Part shown: positions 41,198-51,019 of the stretch, piece after piece
Numbering within the stretch: the stretch's first letter is position 1
Layout of the letters: each line of letters begins with the position of its first letter
Sequence record: SRR2962707_1184
Length of the DNA stretch: 64,000 bases
Strand: one strand, 5' to 3'
Made by a program: the position numbers and the translations under genes
The notes under the pieces: model-generated
The model's input: the letters and a program-made list of their open reading frames with translations, nothing else
Told to the model about the DNA's origin: nothing
Databases searched by the model: none

Positions 41198-41938
41198 ATG
41201 AATTATTTAAACTTGCTGCACGATAGCGCGGACGAGTACGGCCCTATTCGAGTCTTTGATGATGGGAAATTTCGCATCCTGTCGTTCGCCGATGGTGACG
41301 AACAAAGTCGTATTAAATTGTCTACGCCACATATTTTGCAGCATGAATACACACAAGCCATGACACTGGCTTTGTTGTTTAACCAACCCAAACGCATAGG
41401 CATTTTAGGCCTTGGCGGTGGCACACTTCTAAGCGCCTTACACCATGCGGTTCCCAGCGTACAAATTACGGCCGTAGAATTACGCCAAGAAGTCATAGAT
41501 GCGGCCGAAATGTATTTTAAAGTACCAAAAGGCAAACGCATTCAAGTTGAGAATGCGGATGCGCAAGCTTATATCGAAACCGGCTTCGATAAAAAAGTGG
41601 ATATCTTGATGACCGACCTATACAACACGGACGGCATGGAACGCGGCGTACTGCAAACCACCTTTCTTGAGAATTGTGCGAAAAACATCAAGGAGAACGG
41701 CTGGTTGGTGCTCAACTGTTGGCTCGACCACAAAAACGATACTGAGCTAATCGACAAATTAAAGCGCATTTTTAGCGATGTCAGAGCACTCGATACCGGC
41801 AGTGGCAATTGGGTGGTGCTGGCAGGCAAACAGAAAAATGAGCTAAACGGCAAAGAACTCAAAGCCTGCGCACAAAAAATCAGCGCACAACTCGGCTTTC
41901 CCCTGTCTCGCTGGCTATCTAAAATGTACAGTGTCTAA
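41198..41938 (+). CDS. Spermidine synthase-like SAM-dependent methyltransferase
   Basis: EQS, YTQAM, LGLGGG, AVEL, DA, DLY, G.LVLN. Confidence 0.8.
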   Translation: MNYLNLLHDSADEYGPIRVFDDGKFRILSFADGDEQSRIKLSTPHILQHEYTQAMTLALLFNQPKRIGILGLGGGTLLSALHHAVPSVQITAVELRQEVIDAAEMYFKVPKGKRIQVENADAQAYIETGFDKKVDILMTDLYNTDGMERGVLQTTFLENCAKNIKENGWLVLNCWLDHKNDTELIDKLKRIFSDVRALDTGSGNWVVLAGKQKNELNGKELKACAQKISAQLGFPLSRWLSKMYSV

Positions 41939-41968
41939 AATGCACAGCGCCTAACCTGCAACACAAAC

Positions 41969-41999
41969 AAAAAAGCTTACTCATTAAGTAAGCTTTTTT
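41969..41999. terminator. Bidirectional terminator
   Basis: AAAAAAGCTTACT-catta-AGTAAGCTTTTTT. Confidence 0.85.
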
Positions 42000-42044
42000 G
42001 CTCTCTATTAACCGTCATTCAAACATTTAATTCAGTGCAACACC

Positions 42045-43691
42045 TTAAACAGACAACACACTGTCGACCAGTGCCTTCGCCTCTTCTTCCAGTTTTGCCA
42101 AATGGGCTTCAGAGACAAAACTCTCAAGATAAATCTTGTACACATTTTCAGTCCCGGATGGACGCGCTGCAAACCAGCCGTTTTCAGTCGAGACTTTTAA
42201 TCCCCCAATGGCCGCGTTATTACCGGGCGCATGGGTCAAAACACTGACAATTTTTTCCCCTGCCAATGTTGTCTGCGTCACGTTTTTCACATCCAGTGCC
42301 GCCAAAATGGCTTTTTGCTCTAAGGTCGCAACCACGTCAATGCGCTTATACAAGGGCGTACCATAGCGCTCTGTCATGGCATCGTAATGCTGCTGTGGAT
42401 CTTTGCCCGTTACCGCCAAAATTTCAGCGGCCAACAAAGCCATGATAAAACCGTCTTTGTCTGTCGTCCAAACAGAGCCGTCTTTACGCAAAAAAGACGC
42501 ACCGGCGCTTTCTTCGCCACCAAACGCCATGCTGCCGCTATAAAGCCCTTCAACATACCATTTAAAACCAACAGGCACTTCACACAAGGTGCGCCCTAAA
42601 CCTTCTACCACACGGTCAATCATGCCACTTGAAACAAGCGTTTTTCCCAATTGAGCCGTTTTAGGCCAATGAGGTCGGTGCGACGCCAAATACTCTATCG
42701 CAACAGCAAGAAAGGCATTTGGATTCATCAAACCAAAGCCTGCACAGACAATACCGTGGCGGTCATAATCTGGGTCATTGCCCACCGCAATATCAAAATC
42801 GTCTTTGAGTTTCAGTAAGTTCTGCATCGAATAAGGCGAAGAACAATCCATGCGGATACGACCGTCTTTGTCTAATGGCATAAAGCGGAACGTCGGGTCT
42901 ACGTCTCGATTTACTAAGGTAATATTAAGGCCGTATTTTTTCGCCATTGGCTCCCAAAAATGGATGCCGGAGCCACCCATTGGGTCTACCCCTATTCTAA
43001 TGCCAGCGTCAGCAATCGCCTGCATGTCCACTACATTGTCTAAATCATCAATGTAGTGGGTAATGTAATCGAACGGCTCAATTAAGCCACTTGCTGCCGC
43101 TTCTTTTCGGTTCAAATACAAGACACCAGACAAGCCATTGGCAAGCAACTCATTGGCGCGCTTAGCCACCCAATCGGTAATGTCTTTATCCGCAGGACCA
43201 CCTTGCAGCGTATTGTATTTAATGCCGCCGTCTTCTGGTGGATTATGGGAAGGGGTAATCACAATGCCATCACTCAAATCTGAGGCGTCTGCCGATGCAT
43301 TGTGAGTCAGAATCGCATGGGATATCACAGGCGTAGGCGTAAAACCGCCAGACTCTTGCACGCGCACTCTCACCCCATTGGCGGTTAAAACACCCAGGGC
43401 GGTTTGATAGGCGGCTTCTGATAAAGCGTGTGTATCTTTGCCCAAGTACAAAGGGCCAACAATGTTCTGTGCTTTTCGGTATTCTGCGATGGCTTGGCAA
43501 ATGGCCAAAATATGCTGTTCATTAAAGCTGGTTTTTAACGCGCTACCACGATGACCTGAAGTACCAAAACTGACCTGCTCTGTAGGATTCGCCACATCGG
43601 GCCTATTGATAAAATACGCGGTCATTAACTCAGGAATGTTAACCAAAGACTGGTGAGACGCAAGCTGTCCAGCTTGAGGATGAATTGCCAT
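42045..43691 (-). CDS. pgm: Phosphoglucomutase
   Basis: [14 protein letters not shown] (phospho-Ser), DPDYDR, GGEESAG, RPSGTE. Confidence 0.97.
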   Translation of the reverse strand: MAIHPQAGQLASHQSLVNIPELMTAYFINRPDVANPTEQVSFGTSGHRGSALKTSFNEQHILAICQAIAEYRKAQNIVGPLYLGKDTHALSEAAYQTALGVLTANGVRVRVQESGGFTPTPVISHAILTHNASADASDLSDGIVITPSHNPPEDGGIKYNTLQGGPADKDITDWVAKRANELLANGLSGVLYLNRKEAAASGLIEPFDYITHYIDDLDNVVDMQAIADAGIRIGVDPMGGSGIHFWEPMAKKYGLNITLVNRDVDPTFRFMPLDKDGRIRMDCSSPYSMQNLLKLKDDFDIAVGNDPDYDRHGIVCAGFGLMNPNAFLAVAIEYLASHRPHWPKTAQLGKTLVSSGMIDRVVEGLGRTLCEVPVGFKWYVEGLYSGSMAFGGEESAGASFLRKDGSVWTTDKDGFIMALLAAEILAVTGKDPQQHYDAMTERYGTPLYKRIDVVATLEQKAILAALDVKNVTQTTLAGEKIVSVLTHAPGNNAAIGGLKVSTENGWFAARPSGTENVYKIYLESFVSEAHLAKLEEEAKALVDSVLSV

Positions 43692-43837
43692 ATGAAAAAG
43701 CCTCATTGAGCAGTAAAAAAGGGATAGTGATTAGTCTCCCTCATATTTACAAGCGTTTCAACGAGTTATCATAACTTCATTAGATAATTCATGGATCTTA
43801 CCAAACCCTGATACGCCGTTTTAGAGCGGCTAGCCAC

Positions 43838-45034
43838 TCACGATGACGCCTCCACATCGATCAACAAAATAGTATTGTCATTTAGCTGTACCGACAAAGT
43901 CTTGCAAGGCGTACTCGTTTCAATATCTAAATATTCTTGCGACAACACCCTGCTTTCACCGGCAAACAATTGATAAAAATAGGCACGCCAAGACCAGTTA
44001 TAACCTTTGAATCTCGCGTCTTCTATCCACACATCGCCCTCCATAGGACGCGCATAGTTTACCGTCAATTGCTCACCCGTTGAGTCAGCCGCGTAAAAAC
44101 GTATCACCCCATTTATGGCTCGCAAACTCTGTGAAACAAACTTAACATCCACAATATCCAGCATTTTATGGTGTTGTTGAATGGACTCGACTGCTTGCAT
44201 CAAATGCTGATAAGAAGCTCTCGCTTTCTGTGCTTTTTCTTTTTGTGCCGCAAAAAAGCGTGCACGAAGCTCAGCCACTTGCTGGCTAAAAGCATGACAA
44301 TCGGCAAAATCTTCTGTCGCCTGAGAAAACAAAAAACCCTGCATATGGCGCGCGCCACAACGTAAACCAAAGAAAAATTCTTCTTCTGTTTCAACGCCTT
44401 CACACACAATAACCGCACCACTTTTCGCACAAAAAACGACCAGAGATTCGACCGCCGATTCCGCCATTCCACCCTGAGCGCCTTGCTGAAACAAGCGCAT
44501 GTCTAGCTTAATAATGTCTGGTTCTAAAGCGATGACTCGATCAATCTGTGAGAAGCCGGCACCAAAATCATCAATCGCAATGCGCACCCCCGCTTCACGA
44601 TACAACTTCACCGCGCGACACAAGCTGTCTAAGTCACCATTGAGTTCAATCAATTCAATCACTATGCGACTGGGGTCCACCTTGTGACGATGCAGCATAT
44701 CCAGCGTCGGCAAAGCGTCTGTCGTGGTCGCCGTTAACCATTGCGGCGATATATTGAGTGTCATGCGGGTTTGATCTGGAAGCTCATGAGCTCGCCTCAC
44801 GGCTTTTTCACGAACCAGGCGATCTAGTCGCCTCTTGTCTTCTGTACTAATACCTTCATCAGTAAATAAATGCCCCGCAGACACGGCTTCGCCATTCGAA
44901 TTGACATAACGCGCCAGCGCTTCATAGCCTGTCACTCGACCACTTGATACTTCCACAATAGGCTGAAAAAATGGCTTTATACTATCCCATTCCTCTTGCA
45001 CGTTTTCAGAAGTACTGAATACCACATTTTGCAC
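43838..45034 (-). CDS. EAL phosphodiesterase with YkuI-type C-terminal domain
   Basis: FFQPIV, YEALAR, IAIDDFGAG, IIKLD, EGVET, QGF; C-terminal NWSWRAYF motif. Confidence 0.88.
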   Translation of the reverse strand: MQNVVFSTSENVQEEWDSIKPFFQPIVEVSSGRVTGYEALARYVNSNGEAVSAGHLFTDEGISTEDKRRLDRLVREKAVRRAHELPDQTRMTLNISPQWLTATTTDALPTLDMLHRHKVDPSRIVIELIELNGDLDSLCRAVKLYREAGVRIAIDDFGAGFSQIDRVIALEPDIIKLDMRLFQQGAQGGMAESAVESLVVFCAKSGAVIVCEGVETEEEFFFGLRCGARHMQGFLFSQATEDFADCHAFSQQVAELRARFFAAQKEKAQKARASYQHLMQAVESIQQHHKMLDIVDVKFVSQSLRAINGVIRFYAADSTGEQLTVNYARPMEGDVWIEDARFKGYNWSWRAYFYQLFAGESRVLSQEYLDIETSTPCKTLSVQLNDNTILLIDVEASS

Positions 45035-45055
45035 ACTCCGCTCCTACTAAACCAG

Positions 45056-47203
45056 TTAACCAACGCTCACTTCAAACGTACTGACTAACGTGGATAGGTC
45101 CGCCGACCGATTTTTGACTTGATTAGAACTCATTTGTAACTGCTGCATACAGTTACTCATTTGTTCAGCGCTAGCGGCAACACTGAGAGTATGATCACCA
45201 TGCTGATGGCTATTGCTAGAAATAAGTTCAATCACATTGAACATATTATCGGCTACTTTTGCGAGCGCTTCACTATCATTTGATGCAACTTCATTATTCA
45301 CCAGGCTTTGGTTTACTTCATGAACGCCCGCTTCCATATACTCAACAGCCTGATTGGTTTGCACCATGATGCCTTCAACCACCTTACCAATGTCCGCAGC
45401 GGCGGCGGCAGTACGCCCTGCTAAGGCGCGCACTTCATCGGCAACGACAGAAAAACCGCGACCATGCTCGCCAGCCCTAGCCGCTTCTATTGCCGCGTTT
45501 AACGCCAGTAGATTCGTTTGGCTGGTAATGTCGGCAATCTCTTCTACAAAGCGACTGACATTGGAAGCATTGTCATTCAATGCCATGACAGAGGAGGCAG
45601 AAGATTGCACCACATCGCGAATGGTTTCTGTGCTTTGGCGCACGCCTTGGTATTGTTTATGGGCCTGCTGAACCGCCTCCTGCATCTTGCGCTTCATTTC
45701 TTCGGCAGTTTGCGACGCCACCGCTACCCCTTCCGCCTGCTGATTGACCAGTGTTAAGGATTCTTGGGCGGCTTGACGAACTTGAGAAGAAGCCGTGAAC
45801 GCTTCTCGATTAAAGCTTTGCATTTCATCCGCCAGCGAATTTACCTCCCTCGCAGACACAATCACCTCACCAACTATGCTGTCTAATTGATCGACAAAGC
45901 TATTAATCCAACGCCCCATCTCTCCGACTTCATTGGTTGGTAATCGACTCAATTCCATGCGCTGCGTTAGATTGCCTTCGCCTTCAGAAAGCTCTTTGAT
46001 AACTTTTGTCATACCAACTAATTGGTTCGCCGTTCGCCGCGCTCCCAAACGATCCAAACACACCAAGGCCCCCAAGCCACCGATCAGACTTAATACAAAA
46101 TACAGGCTCGTATTTGGCGCGAAGAAACTGGCTAAAACGTATTGAAATACACAAACACAAAGCATCACCAAGGCGTATAAACAAAAATTCGAATAGGAGA
46201 TAGACCGCGTTCTGTACACCTCTTCCAAATCCGCCTCGCACATCATGCCCCAGGTATCATCAGAGCCTGGCATGACGAACGTCACCCCTTTGCCGATAAC
46301 AGGTATGTGCCGATAATCCGAATAGCCTGGGTATTTAACATAGAGGTTTTCGCCATTTTTAATGGTCTCTCGAACCCCTGGGTGCAACTCCCCTGTTGCC
46401 GGATCGGTGAATTTTAATTCAAGTTCAGTATGCTGCTTAACCGTTACTACCCCAAAAGCCGTTGTCACACCTTGTTTGAGATTTTCACCAAGAAAAAAAG
46501 CATCGTCTTCAAATCGAGACCGCGATAACGCCACCCCTTTCTGAATGCTCTTATCAAATACAGAGGACACCATGAACAAATAGTTATCTCCAGACTCATG
46601 GTAGATATGACCCGCTTCTCGCTGAATCAGATCACCAATCACATCATTCGGCACCCGGACACACAAACAACCTTGAAATACATTGCTGCGAGAAACGATC
46701 GGCAAATAAAACATTAAGGTGACGGCGTCATGAAAACTCGAGGTCGAAGCGCCAAGCGCTAAGGTGATGTCATCAGGGTAAGGGCCATGCAAAAAACGCC
46801 CCTTTTTACTCCGCTCAAAGGCATCAAGTTGCGTGTGCTTAGTCCCTATTCTTACTTTATGAGTCGAAGCGACCAAGCCTGCTTGATCATTACAAAGGAA
46901 CACTTCGGAGGCATCAGGTAAGCCTTGCTTTAACAAGGGCAAGAAAGCCGCCAGCTCATCAATCTCTGTGATTTGGTGCTGGGCAACCTGATTCATTCTC
47001 GACCAAACTGTGTTCGCCCAAGTCGTTAAGATCCTAACCCTGGTTGCGGCAACCCCTTCAAAGGTGCTTTCAACGCTGGCTTGCGATTTTCGATTTAATA
47101 AACAGCTCCATTGCATTTTTAACTTGCCAGTTGATCCAAAAACAGGCAACCAGCTCTTTTCAGCCGCACTTAAATTCATCTTATCGCTTTCCAACGGTGC
47201 CAT
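45056..47203 (-). CDS. Methyl-accepting chemotaxis protein with large N-terminal sensor
   Basis: [38 protein letters not shown], two adjacent TMs near aa 345-385. Start is ATG 47203 or GTG 47218. Confidence 0.93.
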   Translation of the reverse strand: MAPLESDKMNLSAAEKSWLPVFGSTGKLKMQWSCLLNRKSQASVESTFEGVAATRVRILTTWANTVWSRMNQVAQHQITEIDELAAFLPLLKQGLPDASEVFLCNDQAGLVASTHKVRIGTKHTQLDAFERSKKGRFLHGPYPDDITLALGASTSSFHDAVTLMFYLPIVSRSNVFQGCLCVRVPNDVIGDLIQREAGHIYHESGDNYLFMVSSVFDKSIQKGVALSRSRFEDDAFFLGENLKQGVTTAFGVVTVKQHTELELKFTDPATGELHPGVRETIKNGENLYVKYPGYSDYRHIPVIGKGVTFVMPGSDDTWGMMCEADLEEVYRTRSISYSNFCLYALVMLCVCVFQYVLASFFAPNTSLYFVLSLIGGLGALVCLDRLGARRTANQLVGMTKVIKELSEGEGNLTQRMELSRLPTNEVGEMGRWINSFVDQLDSIVGEVIVSAREVNSLADEMQSFNREAFTASSQVRQAAQESLTLVNQQAEGVAVASQTAEEMKRKMQEAVQQAHKQYQGVRQSTETIRDVVQSSASSVMALNDNASNVSRFVEEIADITSQTNLLALNAAIEAARAGEHGRGFSVVADEVRALAGRTAAAAADIGKVVEGIMVQTNQAVEYMEAGVHEVNQSLVNNEVASNDSEALAKVADNMFNVIELISSNSHQHGDHTLSVAASAEQMSNCMQQLQMSSNQVKNRSADLSTLVSTFEVSVG

Positions 47204-47260
47204 ATTTGGCTCTCCCACCTACTGCTTAAAAATGTGTCATTGTCTGTATAGCGTAAAGAG

Positions 47261-47276
47261 GCAATCTACATGCCAA
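47261..47276 (-). promoter_or_regulatory. sigma-54 (-24/-12) promoter for MCP-EAL
   Basis: Minus strand TTGGCAT-GTAGA-TTGC matches TGGCAC-N5-TTGC with exact spacing, about 60 nt upstream of the start. Confidence 0.72.
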
Positions 47277-47709
47277 CTAATTTTAAGCATTTAACTGACA
47301 CACTGAAGGGCCTCTTAAACGATCAAAAAACGAACAAAAAACAAATAAAAACAAAGACTAAACAGTAAAAGCTCACTGCTTTTACAGGGACTACTAGAAG
47401 AGTTATCTGAGCAATTTGACAAGGGTAGAGGATCCTACTTTGTTTACGATTTATTACATCTGAGCAACTATTTCTGTATTTACATTTTAAATCCAAATAA
47501 AAAGCAGCCTCACCTTTGTTCAAGCCGCCATAGGTGCACAATAGGAGGGCGATAAATTTAATGCGCACCAATGCAAAGCAAAGTGTTCAAGTTTGATTTC
47601 TCTCAGCTATTTAAATAGTTAATCTAACAAGGTATTTTAACTATTTATTGGCGATACTTAGTGTTGTCGATAGTTCGTCTTGAACGCTTAACAAGAAGAG
47701 TAATCATCT

Positions 47710-48861
47710 ATGGAAGACAAACGCGCTTTAATCCTATCCGGAGGTGGTGCTAGAGCAGCATACCAAGTAGGCGTTCTTTCCGCGTTAGGTAAGATGGTGG
47801 AAAAAGGCAGCCCACTGCCCTTTCCAATTTTATGCGGCACCTCTGCCGGCGCACTCAACGCAACCATGCTAGCCACCAACGCGGACAACTTCACCAAAGC
47901 GGTGTCTAAACTTGCGTTTGTCTGGCGTCATCTTACCCCTGATCAAATATACACAATGGGGCGCTGGCCGATTGCCAGCTCGGTGACCAGAACATTACTC
48001 GCTCTTTTTCATCTACAAAACCGCCACAGCCCAATCGCCCTAATGGACAATGCCCCATTAAAAGCGTTGCTGGAAACCTTCATTGAGTTTCCCAATATCG
48101 ACACCGCCCTCAAACAGGGACACCTAAGCGCACTTGCCGTCACCGCCATGAGCTACAGCACTGGCGAATCCACGACATTTTTCGAAGCAGAACGAAACAT
48201 AAAGCCATGGCAAGGCAACCGCCGCAAAGGCATGATCGACAAGCTCACGGTCGACCATTTACTCGCCTCCAGCGCCATTCCAACCATTTTTCCCGCCCAT
48301 AAAGTACAAGGTCATTATTACGGCGACGGCGCCATTCGTCAGAAATCCGCCATTTATCCAGCGTTGCAACTGGGCGCCAAGAAACTTTTTATTATTGGTG
48401 TGAGTGGCAACAGAAGCCCTAAAAAGTGGTCTAGCAAACACACAGATAAGCCTTCAAACGCTCCCAGCATGGCGCAAATACTAGGCCAATTACTTAACAG
48501 CGCCTTTATCGACAATTTGGAAGACGATATTCGCCAGCTAGAAATAATGAATAACCTGATCCGTGATTTGCCTGAGGAGAAAAAACAGCATCACGCCTTG
48601 CCCACAGAAACCTTAATCATCTCCCCTTCTGAGGAACTGAACGCCATTTCTGAGCACTACATACACACGTTGCCCAAAAACGTTCGTATCCTACTCAAAG
48701 CAACGGGAGGCTCCATCTCACAAAATGCCAGCTCTGCCGCCAGCTACCTGCTCTTTACCCCAGAATATTGTCGAGCACTGATCGAGCTTGGCTACAAAGA
48801 TGCCATGTGGGAGAAAGATCGCATTCAAGCCTTTTTACACGAAGGTACGCCGTCACAATGA
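47710..48861 (+). CDS. Patatin-like phospholipase
   Basis: SGGGARAAYQVG, GTSAG (nucleophile Ser), ASSAIP, DGA. Confidence 0.92.
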   Translation: MEDKRALILSGGGARAAYQVGVLSALGKMVEKGSPLPFPILCGTSAGALNATMLATNADNFTKAVSKLAFVWRHLTPDQIYTMGRWPIASSVTRTLLALFHLQNRHSPIALMDNAPLKALLETFIEFPNIDTALKQGHLSALAVTAMSYSTGESTTFFEAERNIKPWQGNRRKGMIDKLTVDHLLASSAIPTIFPAHKVQGHYYGDGAIRQKSAIYPALQLGAKKLFIIGVSGNRSPKKWSSKHTDKPSNAPSMAQILGQLLNSAFIDNLEDDIRQLEIMNNLIRDLPEEKKQHHALPTETLIISPSEELNAISEHYIHTLPKNVRILLKATGGSISQNASSAASYLLFTPEYCRALIELGYKDAMWEKDRIQAFLHEGTPSQ

Positions 48862-48896
48862 CATTTCAAGAATCAATGCCTGTGTCGGACAAAAAC

Positions 48897-48922
48897 AAAA
48901 AAAGCCGCTAGAAGCGGCTTTT
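48897..48922. terminator. Bidirectional terminator
   Basis: AAAAAAAGCCGCT-aga-AGCGGCTTTT. Confidence 0.85.
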
Positions 48923-48980
48923 TATTGATCTGTGATCTTAACTCAGATGGCTTATTTTAATAAACCATCTGCCCTTTTAA

Positions 48981-50930
48981 TCAAAGGCTAAGACGACGAA
49001 GATCGCTCAACATTGAATTCAAGAAGGTCATGAAACGACCTGCATCACCACCATTTACTGCTCTGTGATCATAAGACAGACACAAAGGCAACATAGTGCG
49101 AGGCTCAAATTCTTTGCCGTTCCAACGTGGCTCAACGTCCGCTTTGGAAACACCAAGAATTCCCACTTCAGGACAGTTCACAATTGGTGTGAAACCTGTA
49201 CCGCCGATGGCACCCAGACTAGAGATAGTGAAACAACCGCCTTGCATATCAGCTGGTTTAAGCTGCTTATCCAACGCTTTCTTGATCAAAACACTGGCTT
49301 CTTTAGCAATTTCAACAACAGATTTTTTATCTGCATCGCGCAATACAGGAACAACAAGACCCGCAGGGGAATCTACCGCGATACCAATATGCACGTATTT
49401 TTTCTGAACGTAGCTTTCGCCATCGGCCATCAAAGACACGTTGAATGATGGGTTTGCCACCATTGCTTGAGCAACCGCTTTAATCAGGAATGGAAGTGGC
49501 GTTAATTTAACACCTTGTTTTTCCATTTCGCCTTTCAAGCCCTTACGGAAAGACTCTAGATCCGTAATGTCAGCTTTATCGAACTGTGTTACCTGAGGAA
49601 CAACCAAAGCATTACGCACCATATTTTGGGCGGTAAGCTTTTGGATCTTACTCATTTTAACAACGTCAATGTCGCCAAACTTACTAAAGTCTTGATCAGG
49701 CACTGTTGGCAAGCCTGCACCTGTTGCTACCGCAGATCCAGCTGGGGCAGAAACGGCTTTTTGAACCGCAGCTTTAACATAAGCGTGTAGATCTTCTTTC
49801 GTGATACGACCACGAGGGCCTGTCGCACGAACAAGAGACAATTCCACACCCAGTTCACGCGCCAACATACGTACTGCAGGGCCTGCATGTACATTTTTAG
49901 ACGGTGTCGCTAGAACCGCAGCTTGATCAACATTCGCCGCCGCAGGAGCGGCTTTAGGAGCAGCTGCTTGCGCAGGTGCCGCTTCTTGCTTAGCTGGTGC
50001 TGCTTTAGGCGCTGGCGCAGAAGTGGCTTCAAATTCTAAATCAAGAATTGAGTCCCCTTCAGACACTTTATCGCCTTCTTTAACGGCAATGGATTTCACA
50101 ACACCTGTTTTAGGTGAAGGAATTTCCATAGAAGCTTTATCTGTCTCGAGCACGATAATAGAATCGCCTTCGTTGACAGAATCTCCCACTGCAACCGCTA
50201 CTTCAATGATCTCAACCCCTTCTGCACCACCAATATCAGGTACATTTACGGTTTCAACACCACCAGCAATGGTTTCTTGAGTCGCTTCAACAACAGGTGC
50301 ATCCGCGCTTGCTTCTTCAGCAGGTGCCGCTGCAGCTGGCTGTACTTCTGCCGCCGTCTCAGTGGTAATGACCAACATATCTGAACCTTCAGATACGGTG
50401 TCCCCTACGCTAAGCAGGATTTTGCCAACTTTACCGCTGAATGGAGCAGGAATGTCCATCGACGCTTTATCCGTTTCAAGAACGATTAAAGAGTCACCTT
50501 CTGCGACGGTATCGCCTTCGGCAACACAAATCTCAATGACTTCAACGTCTGTTGCGCCACCAATATCTGGCACAGAGACTTTTTCTTCACTGCTAGACGT
50601 TGCGGCAGCGGCTTGTGGCGCGGCCTGCGGTGCTGGCTCAGCTTTCGCTTCTTCTGCCGGCTCGTCTGCTTTCGCTGGCGCAGCCTCAGCACCTTCTACT
50701 TCAAGGACTAAGACTTCAGAACCTTCTGAAACCTGATCGCCTTCTTGAACAGAAATACTGACTACTTTACCCGCGATCGGAGAAGGAACGTCCATAGACG
50801 CTTTGTCCGTCTCCAATACAATAATAGATTGGTCAACTTCTACGATGTCACCAACTTTTACACTGATCTCGATAACATCAACATCAGCTGCACCACCAAT
50901 ATCCGGTACTCGAATGATTTCAGTACTCAC
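48981..50930 (-). CDS. aceF: Pyruvate dehydrogenase E2 with three lipoyl domains
   Basis: LETDKASM three times, HAGPAVRMLARELG, SYDHRAVNG; GTG start after AAGGAG (ORF open to 50948). Confidence 0.97.
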   Translation of the reverse strand: MSTEIIRVPDIGGAADVDVIEISVKVGDIVEVDQSIIVLETDKASMDVPSPIAGKVVSISVQEGDQVSEGSEVLVLEVEGAEAAPAKADEPAEEAKAEPAPQAAPQAAAATSSSEEKVSVPDIGGATDVEVIEICVAEGDTVAEGDSLIVLETDKASMDIPAPFSGKVGKILLSVGDTVSEGSDMLVITTETAAEVQPAAAAPAEEASADAPVVEATQETIAGGVETVNVPDIGGAEGVEIIEVAVAVGDSVNEGDSIIVLETDKASMEIPSPKTGVVKSIAVKEGDKVSEGDSILDLEFEATSAPAPKAAPAKQEAAPAQAAAPKAAPAAANVDQAAVLATPSKNVHAGPAVRMLARELGVELSLVRATGPRGRITKEDLHAYVKAAVQKAVSAPAGSAVATGAGLPTVPDQDFSKFGDIDVVKMSKIQKLTAQNMVRNALVVPQVTQFDKADITDLESFRKGLKGEMEKQGVKLTPLPFLIKAVAQAMVANPSFNVSLMADGESYVQKKYVHIGIAVDSPAGLVVPVLRDADKKSVVEIAKEASVLIKKALDKQLKPADMQGGCFTISSLGAIGGTGFTPIVNCPEVGILGVSKADVEPRWNGKEFEPRTMLPLCLSYDHRAVNGGDAGRFMTFLNSMLSDLRRLSL

Positions 50931-50973
50931 GGAAATCTCCTTTGTCATATAGACGCATCAAACTGAATGACTA

Positions 50974-51002
50974 ACCAGACTTGAGCAAGGCTCAAGTCTG
51001 GT
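50974..51002. other. Intercistronic 13-bp perfect hairpin
   Basis: ACCAGACTTGAGC-aag-GCTCAAGTCTGGT, with no U-tract. Confidence 0.8.
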
Positions 51003-51019
51003 ACCTAGCTTGTTTATAA

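Noticed and set aside
47323..47571. 82-aa minus-strand ORF
   Set aside because: TTG start without an RBS; its Phe/Val tail arises from the A-tracts.
50030..50930. Threefold internal repeat in aceF
   Set aside because: Ordinary three lipoyl domains.
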